A stretch of 59,012 bases of DNA from contig BFEA01000001.1 in NCBI GenBank assembly GCA_003427395.1, positions 12,007,725 through 12,066,736 of the forward strand, read 5' to 3'. The position numbers were made by a program, and so were the translations under genes. This DNA comes from Chara braunii. Lineage: Eukaryota; Plantae; Charophyceae. The notes beneath the pieces are model-generated. The model was not told the origin of the DNA and ran no database searches. It saw nothing but the letters and a program-made list of their open reading frames with translations. Positions 11,643 to 23,069 of this stretch are shown here, piece after piece (position 1 is the stretch's first letter; the number at the start of each line of letters is the position of its first letter).

Positions 11643-12287
11643 ACTTTCTATCTCGACCTCTTCCCTTATGGGCACAAATTCTGTCAATTTCAAATCTGCC
11701 ATCAATAGGGCGAGGGATTATAGGATTGTGTTCAGGAAAGGAAGTAGAAGCAGTGTAAACACCGGATGCGTGTGCAGATGAGGTGGCATGGCAACCACAT
11801 AGGAAGGGTCGAAGCCATCATCCCCTACGACTTTTAGAATCTGCCATGGGCCGTAGTACAAAAAAATAAAAATGGCAGTATCGGGAGACAATTCCTCATC
11901 CGAAAACTCAGACATCTTAACCCACACAGTCTCATTCCCTAAAGGTCGCCGGCCTGCATTGCGGATTGGCGAATTTGATCATGCCAGCCTGCCCCTTGTT
12001 CATTGCTGCGATTGCGACTTTAAGCAAGTGCAGACACGTGACTCCATGACCAGGCATGCCAGGGGTCAAACTAGCAAGGCGGTCAGGAAACAAGAGATCA
12101 AGAGGGTTGCAGATTCACCAAACGTATTGCAGCATGTACATAGTCATGCCAGTTGCAGAGTGAATGGAGTTACTGCACAACCCTTTGACCGCATCCAACT
12201 CTTCATCCCAAGGGTTCTGATCGGGAATAGTCAATGCACGTAGGAGTTGGGTGATAATCTGATTGATTTTCTTGACTTGTCTATTAG

Positions 12288-13538
12288 TGCGAGGATTTCA
12301 GCCCTCGGCAGTGCTGGAAAAGGCCTTGCCCGCCCTAAGTGAAGGCGGGCCTGCGAATACGTGCCAAGGCCTGGGTACAGGCCAGTATGATCATGCTAAA
12401 GGGGCCCGTTGGAATCTATATGCGGACATGAATCTTCACAGTAGCCCTTCTAGGGCTCACCGCACATCTCGGCTGAGGCCCCGTACTGACTTGTGCCCGG
12501 GCCATAATATTTATGAGAGGCCTATTTTTGTCAAATTCTGCATGAGGGGTATCAGACAGTTGCAGGACACCAGTTGGTTACAGAGTAACGTGAGCCTTTC
12601 CAGGCTCTTTCCGGAGGCTGCAGCCTTGACGGGCAGTTGAGCCCAGAACCCCGTACGGTTGAGGCCCTGGGCATGAGCCACCAGAGGCCGACACATCACA
12701 GAACGGCCGCAGGCCAATGAGAATGCAGCATCTTCGTCACACACTAGCCACGAGCCAAGGGGATCGCAGCAAACATGTGGAGGCCCGTGAAAAGCCTGGT
12801 CGTGCCCAACTGTAAAGGGCCCAGGCCTGTAACTGTAACTGGGCCTGGGCGCAGACACGAGGGCCCGACTGGAAGAGACTGGAGGCTCGCCCTGCCAGGT
12901 CCAGAGGCAGCAGCGGCTGAGCTCACTTTCCATATAGGGAAGTGAGCATCGCTGGGGAGGTCACTCTGGCCTAGGCAGGCAATGCGGCCACGCTGCTGCG
13001 CTGCAACTTCGTGATCTGCACGAAGCTGCTGGCTGGGTCGCGTGCACGGGCGCTGGGGTGTGAGGTGCACTGCTGGGCAGTGGGTGCATGGCAGCCATAG
13101 CCGGCCTGCTGGGCACGGGTTTGGATGGTGATGGTGGTCTTTGGGTGTCGGGGATGCACACTGTGGGGAAGTCAAGGGGTGATGTGAGAGAAGAGAGAAC
13201 GTACCTGGTGTATGCTGGCGGTCTGCATTGGTGTTGACGTCATGTACATTGGTCTTCGTCGTCGAAGTGAGCCTGTTGCACGGATGTAGGTAGGCTAGAT
13301 AGGATGAGTAGAGTAGGCTGGGGGCTGGGCGCTGGGCGCCAGGCAGCAGGAGCAACATTGAATACTGCGTTGGTGTGGCCTGAGGGCTTGGACATTGGCT
13401 CACGAGTTCATTGTTTTGCTCTTATTTGGATGGAATCTTGGTGCATTTGAGCTCTCTGCTTGTTACATGACTATCTGGACTTCTACGTGATTTTGCAACT
13501 TGGGTTTCTGTTTATCGCTCTCAGTCGTGTTCCTTGCA
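12288..13538 (+). mobile_element. Solo LTR (TGCGAG-start family)
   Basis: TGCGAGGA...TCCTTGCA termini with a 4-bp TSD TTAG (12284-12287, 13539-13542). Homologous to 32487-34134 (inverted) and 58788-59012; related to 26174-27237. Confidence 0.88.
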
Positions 13539-14359
13539 TTAGCTTTAAGATGGCGACCAGATGTGTTCAGTCTGATGTCATAGAGCTGTGTAGTGAAGTC
13601 TCTTCAATCAGAACTGATGAACCTGGTGTTCAGATCACTCATGAGAGTTTTCAGGGGCCAAACTACAAAATGCCCTTTTCAAGTCAGTAAAAACGGAACC
13701 AGATTGAGAAATTTGGACAAGCGATCGACGATAACAATGACCTGAGAGTAACCCCTCTTGCGTACCTTCCCAATGTCCGTGAAATCAGTGGAGACTTGAC
13801 TCACCGGATGAGGAAGGGATAGGCAAAGGCTTCAGAAGACCGAGGGGTGCTTGCTGATGGAGTTCGTTCCTGTGACACACGAAGCATTCCTCCAAATACT
13901 CTGAACATATTCCTTCATGCCCAGCAAATCAAATTGCTGCAACACACTTCCATAACTCTTGAGGAAGCCAAATGATGGGTTTCTGCTATGTGCCATGTTC
14001 AGAAAATGCTTTCATATCTGTCAAACTTCCCAAACACTCGAAACAACAGACCCTCACAATCGTGAAAGTTATGCTGACCGTCCGGATCAGCCTTGACTTG
14101 CTTAAGGATTGGACCCTATTCCAGATCCTTGACATTGTGCTCCACCAAATCCTCGTTCGATTTCGGTCGGAGGTCGTAGGTGCGCACAAGGAAAGTCATT
14201 CAGGATGGCGGGACAAAGAATCAACAACACGATTGTTGAAGTCCTTTCTTATGTTTCAATTAAAAATCATAGATATCCATCTCATGCAGCCAGCAAGATA
14301 ATGTCATAAACAGATTAGCCTGTGACACCCTATGTCTTGTTTGAGCAGCTAAAAAAGTC

Positions 14360-14700
14360 TGACTTCCGATGGAAGTGATGTGTGTGACTCCGCCTTTGAG
14401 TCATTGAAGAAGGCTTTGGTGAGTCGTCTTGTGCTCCACATTCCAGATCCCAAACTCGCATTCCTAGTCCCTGCGGATGCAAGCCAATACGGGATTGGCA
14501 CAGTGCTACAAGAAGATGACGGTGATGGACTATGTCCGCTCGAATATTTCGATAAACAGATGCCCATCAGCAAGCTAGCTAGCTCCTCGTACATGAAGGT
14601 ACTCTATGCTTTGAGGGAGGTATCGGAACATTGGAAGCACTACCTTCTCGGACACCATTTCAAGGTCTATTCTGATCCTGACACCTTGCAATGGATCAGC
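14360..14700 (+). pseudogene. Gypsy RNase H fragment, inverted relative to the surrounding element
   Basis: AFESLKKALVSRLVLHIPDPKLAFLVPADASQYGIGTVLQEDDGDGL...HWKHYLLGHHFKVYSDPDTLQW, carrying the DAS..GIG.VL and HYL.G..F...SD motifs. Confidence 0.9.
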
Positions 14701-16664
14701 ATTTGCAAAAGAAGCAAAAGTAGATGGGACATGAGTAGGCTTTACAAAGGCTGTGAACATCTGTTCACTCTTGTCGTACTTGCGCCACCTTTTTGCAGAA
14801 TTGCATCACATTCAAGAAGGTTTCCAGGGACTTGCCTGTTTCATCCAAAAGGATAGAATGGTCACATCCCTCAGCATCAAGGACTACAAACCGTGGCTCC
14901 TTCCAAAATGTTTGTTGACATTTGACCTTGAGCCAGCCAAAGCCAATGATCGCCTTGGAAGGGCACTCTTCCATGGGTGACCGTGCAGTCAGCATCAAAG
15001 GTAGTGTGCACACCTTCACCTGGATGTGTTGATGTGACAACGGCTTGGTTGCCAACCTCAATCCAGCAAGGCTTCTGCAGTTCCACTGCCTTCATCCCAA
15101 GACCTGCCTTATGAATACCACACGGCAAAAAGAAACTAGCTATAGGACCACAACCAATCAGCGTGCAGATGCTCGATGTGGTAGTGTGAGTGCTGAGGAG
15201 CTTGAAATAGATCAGTTCCACTCCCCCTCGGGCCGGGCCTCCCCTAAGCTTGGCCCAATGCTCCGTGCGGTAGTGGAAGTCTGCTTCAGTGGACTCCTCC
15301 CTCAGCTCTTCATACAAGATCTTTTGTGGCACAGCCTTGGGCCAGCAAAGGGTTGGGTCTCAAGGCCGGGCTGCAAATCAGATTCAGGCCCCTTAGAAGA
15401 ACCCTCACCTGATGGCCCACCCTCCCGTGTAATAGAGAGTGCTGATATCCTCTCTCAACACAGTCCCGTGTAATAAAGAGGAGGGCACCACACTGAAAAA
15501 CCTGTGGTGGCCAAGCAGCAGCTCGAATCCAAAAGCTCTCACTGCGTATACCAGTAAGACAACTACTTAGGGTCATGTGAACTGGTGACATGCCACATAG
15601 AGCAAGTTTGTGCATTCTGGTTTACTACCATCAGATGGTTTATGAACTTTGGGGGAGAAATACACCAGTGGGTTAACCAGAATTACCACTGGGTGGCCTA
15701 TTTATTCTGGTGAGCCACCGGGCGGTTCAGCTATCATTTGGAAACCTAGAACCGCCCTTCCCCTACCAACTGGTGACAGTAACTGCCGGTTATTGAACTT
15801 GAACATCTGTCAGGATTCAGGTGCTTTACTACTACAAAGTGCAGCTAAGCAAATCCGTCCCTCTCAGAAATGAATGAATTGAGAAGCACACGAAGAAACA
15901 AAGGTAACTGGAAAAAAAAACCCCCTTTAAAGAATCAAAAAGAGAAAAGGTAACCGAACATGAAAACACAGAGAAACACACAACGGCAGTCTGCTATTGA
16001 CCAGTTTTCTCAGGGTATCGCTAACTCTGGACGACGTGGTGAGTTCTTATCCATCAGTTAAATGCATCCTGGGCGGGCTCTTGTTGAGTCAGTGAAAGTC
16101 TGATAAAACAATCTGGCACAGTCGTGCTTTTTTTCTGTGGATGTGTATAGTGAGCATCACAACACACAAAAATACAAAAAAAAATGAAGAAAGAGAAAGA
16201 AAAATATGGAAGCTCATGGAAAGGAATAAGACAAGAGACAAGAAGACATTGTCTTCCTCAGAAGTTTGTTCGAGTAATAGATTACGCTGACTTGATGGCT
16301 GCTGTTGTTCCGTATCGTGATTCTTTTATATGCAGGAGCCCAGCGAGCACTCGGCTGCAAGGAGGGCACGAAGGGAGAGGGTAAAGTTTTTGGCTCTGGG
16401 GTTCTTGACCGGGGGTAGCTGCCTGGTCACTGGCTTTGTGAAAGAAGGTCGGAGGGAGGGAGAGAGTGGGGGAGGGAAAGTTAAGTGTTGAACTCTGCAG
16501 TCTCTCTATCCAGGGAAAGGTCTGGCAGTAAGCTTGGTAACAGGCTGGGTGACACAAGATTCTTTGCTTGGTTGCATCTCACGGGTGTGGTGTCTGAGTG
16601 AGGAATTTCAGGCATGGTAGGTTGACTGTCTCCTTGGATTCATGTTGAAGATTGTTTTGACAAA

Positions 16665-17099
16665 ATGGTGCATGGACTTCAAAGGGAAATCAACTGCGAG
16701 GATGGGGACAATGTTTGCGGACTCAGAGATGTGGTTGAAGTGAATTCAACAGCAGCTATGAATGGCAATAGAGCTAGTTATGATGGGGGGGGTTCTCTTT
16801 CCTCTATAGCGGATAGCATAGAGCATTTGGATGTGACGGCAACATCAAGTGATGGGCTTGCGAAGAATGAGAATGGGAGTTATTACAATATGACAAGCAT
16901 GGGAGGTGCAGGCACCCGACATGGGGAGAGGGAGGTGGATGAGGAAGACGAGGTGGTTCTAGTAAGCAGTAGGGGAAAGGAGAGAGGTCGTGGTGAGATT
17001 TGGTCCCCATCACAGTCTAGGAGTGAAATGCTGAGGCTTAAGGAGGAGAAAGAAGGCCAGGAGTGTGAACATGCACGGGCACGTGACGAGCAATTGCAG
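16665..17099 (+). CDS. Host coiled-coil protein, predicted coding exon 1 (145 aa)
   Basis: ATG in AAAATGG context; stop-free non-TE sequence ending EHARARDEQLQ at the donor CAG|GTTAGA, phase 0. Confidence 0.65.
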
Positions 17100-18763
17100 G
17101 TTAGAAATGAATGCTTTGTTCGCCATTTTCCCTCTTCCCTGATTTGTATCAATTGCTTGCCTCCTCTTACCCCCTGTTCCCTCCCTCCCTGCCCTTTGGC
17201 CTCTTTCTTTGTCTGTGCGACTCCTTTTCTTCCACACCTTGTTAAAGGGGGTGCTGGAAAACTTTGCGATTTGCATCGCTTTGCTTCTGAATATGCCCTT
17301 AGTCCCGGGCAGATGAGAAATCAGCGATGGAGAGCATGCTGGTGATTGGTAGCAAGATGTATGGCAGAAGCAAAGGGAATGAACGTTCACCAGGAGGGTT
17401 TAAATCCAGCGCAGGAACATGCATCTGAAGTCTGAGTCAGGGCAGGACATGAAAAATAGTTCTGCAGGTTCGCAGAGTCCATCAACATGGCCCTCAGTCT
17501 GGCAGAATATAGTCCAGTCTGTGTCGTAGTCAATGACCTGGAAATCACTACAGAGTCACAGAATGGAGTAGAATCAGCATTGCAAATAGTTCAAGGGTCG
17601 TAACTTTTGACCAATCGAAAGTTCAGGGGTCAAAAGTTGGATGTACAGCCTCTGAAAAAGTCTCTAGAAGTTCCAAAAAAAAAAAGAAAAAAAAGGTTGC
17701 CAGGCTTTGGTTTAAGGGTCAAATCGAGGTGCCCAGGGCCTCTGGAAATCAAAGTAATCCCTAGGAAAATCAACAATCAGGCCCAACCCGGGTGCAAAAG
17801 CCAAATATTTCTCAGAAAGTCAACCACGGCCACAGATCACACACAACTGAGAGGCTCAATGCAGTTTCTGTGAGCTTCCAGAGCTCACCTGGTCAAGGCG
17901 CACTCTGGCCACAACATTCTTGCCTTTTCAGACGGCGAAATCTCAGCCATTTGAGGAGGCAACCTGAGGAAGGCCAAGTAGAGTCAAAACAAAAGTCTGG
18001 GCCTGCGCAGCTCGTGCATTCATTCTGCCAGCTCCTGTTGGAGTCCTGCTGGGAGCCAGTGCCCAAGGACTGTGGAGAGAATGAGAGGCTGCCATAGCTA
18101 GAACGGGAGAGCGTGGTAGCAATAGCAAGTAGGAGGTGCTGATGCATGATAGCTGAGAGTGAGAGTAAGGAGAGCTATGAGGTAGAGTCCAAGGCTTTAG
18201 GGAAGAGGAAGCTTACCTGAAGTGTACTTTCCTGGAGTGCTCAGCCATAGCTGCTGCAGATCTGATAGGAGGAGGTAACCATTGTAGAAGGGTTGGCAAG
18301 GAGTTTGAGGAAGCCTACCTGTTGGCTGGCAGCCATAGCTACCTAGACTTCATTCTGTTGACAGTTATTCTACGAAGAGAGAGTTAGGCTCTGGTGTTGG
18401 AAAGGTCCAGGGATGAAAGTGAAGGTCACCATAGCTTCAGGGTGGCAGTGTGGGCATGAACGAAGAACAGGACTCCATACTGCTTCAGAAGATAGACATA
18501 ATCATTCCAAGTTCCAGCGTTATTCCACCAGCCTGGGATAGACCAGTGCTGTAGAGAGATGGTCTGAACCTGTGTTTACCTGGATGGATATCCAGCAAAA
18601 TGGCGCCCTGGTACTTCCCAAGAGTCGTGGCAGCATGCACGCTGGGACTCTGAAAAAGTGGCTGGGAAACGTACTGGTGGTTAAATTTCAGAAGAAACGG
18701 TGATGAACTTGAGATATCATACTAGAACTGGCAGTCCCATGGTAATACCGAACTTACCTGATT

Positions 18764-18832
18764 TGGTCAGGATTTGAACTCTGGCCTGTTAATCAAACAA
18801 TGAAGTGGTTTACCACTAAGCCACTCGAGCGG
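18764..18832 (-). mobile_element. tRNA-derived SINE head / tRNA-like pseudogene
   Basis: Minus strand has an exact A box TGGCTTAGTGG (18813-18823) and a B box GTTCAAATCC (~18770-18779) at tRNA-like spacing. No convincing acceptor or anticodon stem. Confidence 0.6.
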
Positions 18833-20469
18833 CGACATGGTGCAGGGCATGGTGCAGGGTTCAGCACCCCGATATTCCCAGAAAATGCAGTCACAAAGGA
18901 AAAAGCACTCCTATGTTCCACGTTCTAGACGTAAGGGGCGCGAGGTGATATGTCGCGCCGGTTCGCGTCTGTGCCGCGTGAAGTTATGCGCATGAGCCCA
19001 CGACAGGGCCACACAACGATGTGGCTACCTGCAGCGACCAGTGTGCATGATGGTGGGAAGGGCAACGAAGGTACGAGGGAGGAAGGATGATCGAGGGCGG
19101 AGGCCGAGGAGGGAGGATGAGGGAGAACCATGAGGGGGATGGACGGCCAGGAGGGAGGAGGAGGGGGGAGGGAGGAGAAATAGAAAGTGGATGAGAGCTG
19201 CTTGTCAAAAGGCATGCTCCCTTCATTCGGACTGGAATGCGATTTGTATACATTCATGATGACGGGCATTGTGTTCAGGGGATAAGGGGGGAGGGAGGAG
19301 AGAGAAAGTGGATGAGAGCTGCTTGTCAAAAGGCATGCTCCCTTCATTCGGACTGGAATGCAATTTGTATACATTCATGATGATGGGGCATTGTGTTCAG
19401 GGGATAACTCAGGGCTTTTCTTCGATGCATCTGAATGGACACAAGGGAAAGGAGGGGAGGGAGGGGGGGGGACGCATGCGACGTTACAGCACCTTCACGT
19501 CTTTTGCTACGAGGAGGATGGAGGAGGAGGAGGAGGAGGACTGCGAGAGAATGGAGCTGGAGGCCGAGCAGAAGAATTGCGAGGAGGAATGCAGGAGCAT
19601 GGAAGGGAGGAGGAGAACTGCATGCAGGATGGAGGAGTAGGAGGAGGCTGCAATGGAGGAGGAGGAGGAGGTTGACACTTTGGCAAGAACGGGGCTGACA
19701 CATCATCAAGAACAGGATTGACACGTCAGCAAGGAGGGGGCTGACACGTGTTCTGTTCTGTGAGGAGGGGTGAGAAAAAGGAAAAAGAGAAGGGCAGGAA
19801 ACCACGACCTGTGCTCGCCGAGGTGATGGCAGAGGTGACGGCAGGTGGTGGAGTGCTTATGAAGAAGAAAGCTACAGGGGATAGAAGATGGGGAGGATGA
19901 CGGGCATAAAGAAGATGGATCGGGGAGGAGGAGGAGGTGGAAGAGCCAACTGCCATTTTGTTTCTTTTTTATTCGGACTGATTACCCTTGCGGATACACA
20001 CAAAAAGGAAAGGAAAACGAGAAAAAATACATGCCAGATGCAGCGGCTATAGTAGTGACTGTGCGTTCTGTTTTTTTGGGGTGCAGCAAGAAAACACATC
20101 CTCTCTCTCTCTCCATGCTGTATTATTGAACGCGCGTGCGGGAGCGATGGAAAAAGAGATGTGATACTGCCAGAAAGAATACTGCACGGCCTCCGTGAGT
20201 CAACAAAGATGGCACTACAGCAAGCTATGGAAGAGAGTTGAGAGAAGAGAGAGAGCGTGATAGTGAGGCTGCGTTGCAGTGTCGGGTTCCAGTTGTCCTC
20301 TCCTGCTGAAACGCAAGATACTCGAACTGCTGCATGTGTAATATAATGAATGTCCTCCCCTCTTCTTCCCCCTCACGCGGTCCGCACACATTTTAAAGAT
20401 ACAAACAGATGCCCGCTGCTGCTATGCCTGCGGTATGCACATGCTCCTCCTGACCACACCACAAAAGAA

Positions 20470-21350
20470 AAAGCGCATGGCCCTTGGCACGGCCATGCAG
20501 TATTATGCAGGCTGGGCGGTGTCATGTGGCGTGGGTGATACCATGCAGGCTGGGCGGTATCACGTGGAGTGTGGTTGCACCTGGTGGAGTGAGACATACT
20601 ATGCAGACTAGATGGTACGCGCACACATGCACAACAAATTACAAAACACACACTTGGCTGGGCGGTATCATGTGGAGTGTGGTTGCACCTGGCCGAGTGA
20701 GACATACTATGCAGACTGGATGGTACGCGCACACATGCACAACAAATTACAAAACACACACTTAGGCATAAACCGCCCTGGGGACAGCTATGGCATTTGA
20801 TGGTATATCACACGCTCCCACCCAGAAAAAGAGAGACATGGCCACAGAGGGGGAACCAAAAACCATGGCCAACAGCAGGCAGGATTTGGCCCTTGCCACG
20901 GCCAGGCTGTGTTATGTTGGCTGAGTGGTATTATGTGGCCTGGTGATACTATTCGGATTGAGTCGTACTGCAGGGGATTGGTGGTATCCGGGCAGTACTA
21001 TGTGGGGTGGCTTATACCAAGTGGACTCGGTGGCGGGGAGGTATTATGCAGCCTTAAACCACCAGTACTTGGGCCAGCTATCGGCCGCGGGAAAAAAATA
21101 GAGGAGAAACGTTTCTAGTCGGATGAATATGGGCGCTCCTGTAGTAGCCCGTACGTTTCCTAAAATCATGGCGCGTTAACGGGCACGACTCTAGGAAGTA
21201 CTGGTGGTGTAAGAATACTATGTAGGTTGGGTGGCACTTGCAGGTCATACTATGTGGACTGCGTGGTATAATGTGGCCCAGGAGATACTATGTAGGTCGG
21301 TACTACCACGTGGTGTGGGTCAGAGTATGTGGACATTGTGGAGTGGATAG
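20470..21350. repeat. Array of short degenerate repeats (GGCTGGGCGGTATCATGTGG-like) with a ~109-bp tandem duplication; probable DNA-transposon subterminal region
   Basis: Motif recurs many times, 20548-20762 is duplicated, and a related block starting GGCCCTTGGCA lies at ~7540-7660. Confidence 0.6.
21058..21208. mobile_element. 151-bp MITE, ACCACCAGTACTT-TIR family
   Basis: Perfect 13-bp TIR ACCACCAGTACTT/AAGTACTGGTGGT flanked by TTAA and GTAA. Confidence 0.85.
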
Positions 21351-21493
21351 CAGGTGGGCGATGGTGCATGGACTGGGTGGTGCAAACGCCCCCCCCCCAA
21401 AAAAAAAAACTCAAGAAAAACAAAAAATTAAAAAAAGTGAAGCCCATGTGTTTGAGGCGCAGACGAGGACTTCCTAGATGTATTTGACGACGT

Positions 21494-22183
21494 TTACGGC
21501 CTGGCCTGGATGCACATGACCGCAATACGTGGACTGGGTGGTGCAAACGACCCCCACAAAAAACACTCAAACAAACAAAAAAAAAAAATAGCCAAGTCCA
21601 TGTGCTTGAGGCACACATGAGGACTTTTGTAGATGTATTTGACCGTGTTTACAGCTTGGCCTGGATGCACACGACCCCAATTACATCCACGTTTTAAGTT
21701 GAAATAATCCTCTTGTGAGTATGCCTTGAATGTTACGCCCATCAACTGTTGACAGGCAGACCTGAGTTCGAACTCTGTGGGCGAATGTAAGAAAACACAT
21801 GTGAGGGCGTACTCTTCTGGCAATCGGGTTGCAAATAGTTGGGTCTCTTCTCTCAATGGGCCTCCTTTGCACTTGTATTCAAACATGCCAGGAAAAACAG
21901 CAAAGACGACATACTCACACAGCCTCGGGTTGTGTTTACAGTGGACCTGAGCACAGATGACGAAAGTCCGCGTCAGGCCAGTAAGCGACGCAGATGAAGA
22001 AACAACAACAACAACAAGAAATGAACTCGGCCTGCAACAGAAAGTACACCAAAGACGGTGTGCTTTCACCAGCTTGATCTTAAATGTGTCTGCCCGCCGG
22101 GCGGACCTGCACGTTGTCGGGCGCTGCAGTCCCACACGCTGTGGCAAGCAATGGTTCATAACAATGGTCTTGACATCCAACAA
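21494..22183 (-). CDS. Unidentified ORF (229 aa), probably TE-borne, may include an in-frame intron
   Basis: The VHCKHNPRL...YKSPHV part has globular composition, and a candidate acceptor TGCTCAG precedes it. No family recognised. Confidence 0.3.
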   Translation of the reverse strand: MLDVKTIVMNHCLPQRVGLQRPTTCRSARRADTFKIKLVKAHRLWCTFCCRPSSFLVVVVVSSSASLTGLTRTFVICAQVHCKHNPRLCEYVVFAVFPGMFEYKCKGGPLREETQLFATRLPEEYALTCVFLHSPTEFELRSACQQLMGVTFKAYSQEDYFNLKRGCNWGRVHPGQAVNTVKYIYKSPHVCLKHMDLAIFFFCLFECFLWGSFAPPSPRIAVMCIQARP

Positions 22184-23069
22184 GTCACAGTTGGTCTCAT
22201 TTTCTCCCGTCAGACTCTATCTGCGACGTGCTCGTGTATCCCTGACCACTGTCTACCTTCACAGCTGTCCTCTACTTTCCTCCTCTCACAGTTCCTTTCT
22301 CTTGTTCGTCTTCTTTTCTGTCTCCGACATCTGTTCTTCTAATTTCTCGTACATCTTACTCCTACCCGTGCACATGTTTTCCCCCTCCGTGGTTTTTTCC
22401 TCTTGTTGCGCTTTGTCTCCTTGTTCTTCTACTACATGCTCTCCTGCTGTCCTGTCTACTGCCCTGTGTGAAACCTTAGCTGGGCAAATGTTTTGGAAGA
22501 ATCAGCAGGGAAAGAAGACTCTGCTGCGCTTGACCCCAGTTTGATTCTGTGAAATGACTTAAGAGGTGTATAATAAGTGGGGGCGCTGCATCACAAGTGG
22601 GGTCGCCATCCTCATTCAGTACCATGTTCTGGGGGGGCGTGCCTGCCAAGTGCACCTCCCTCCTCTTTTTCTTTTTCTTCTTCTTCTCGTTCTTCTTCTT
22701 CATGGTCCCCCCCTTCGCCCGGGGTGAGTTTGTCTTAGTCCTCCTCCACGCATTTGCCTTCATCATTCTCGCACACTCTCATCTTGGTCTTCTCCACACT
22801 CGCGATCCGCCTCCCATTCGTGACCGTCTCCTTTTGTTGTGCGCGCTCGTCTGTGCTCCCTTGGTCTTCAAACAACACTCCCACATACGCGTTTGTCTTC
22901 CTTCTTGTAGTCGTCTTCCTCCTCCTAGTTGTCTTCCCCTATTCGTAACTTCCTGTTCCTACCCTGCGCTTCCTTCGTGCTCTTTGTTTCCATCTCCATC
23001 CCTCCCTAGTCTCTTTCTTCACGTGCCTCCGCGGTTGTATGTCTGCGCAATTGTTTGATAACTACTGTA

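Larger units (their letters stand above)
8753..15500 (-). mobile_element. Heavily decayed Ty3/Gypsy chromovirus, interrupted by a retroposon (8841-11642) and a solo LTR (12288-13538)
   Basis: Integrase C-terminus YYGPWQILKVVGDDGFDPSYVVAMPPHLHTHPVF (11718-11927). Chromodomain GRFEIDRICAHKGRGRDRK*QVHF reconstructed across the insertion. RNase H end / integrase start at ~13900-14330 and protease-like IIGFGWLK at ~14765-15061. The boundary at 15500 is approximate. Confidence 0.75.

Noticed and set aside
11600-11645. GC hairpin as a Helitron 3' end
   Set aside because: No CTRR terminus; the 17-bp TSD and poly(A) point to retroposition.
12744-13403. 219-aa minus-strand ORF inside the solo LTR
   Set aside because: GC-rich LTR sequence; the homologous LTR at 33153-33572 keeps only part of the frame and no domain is recognisable.
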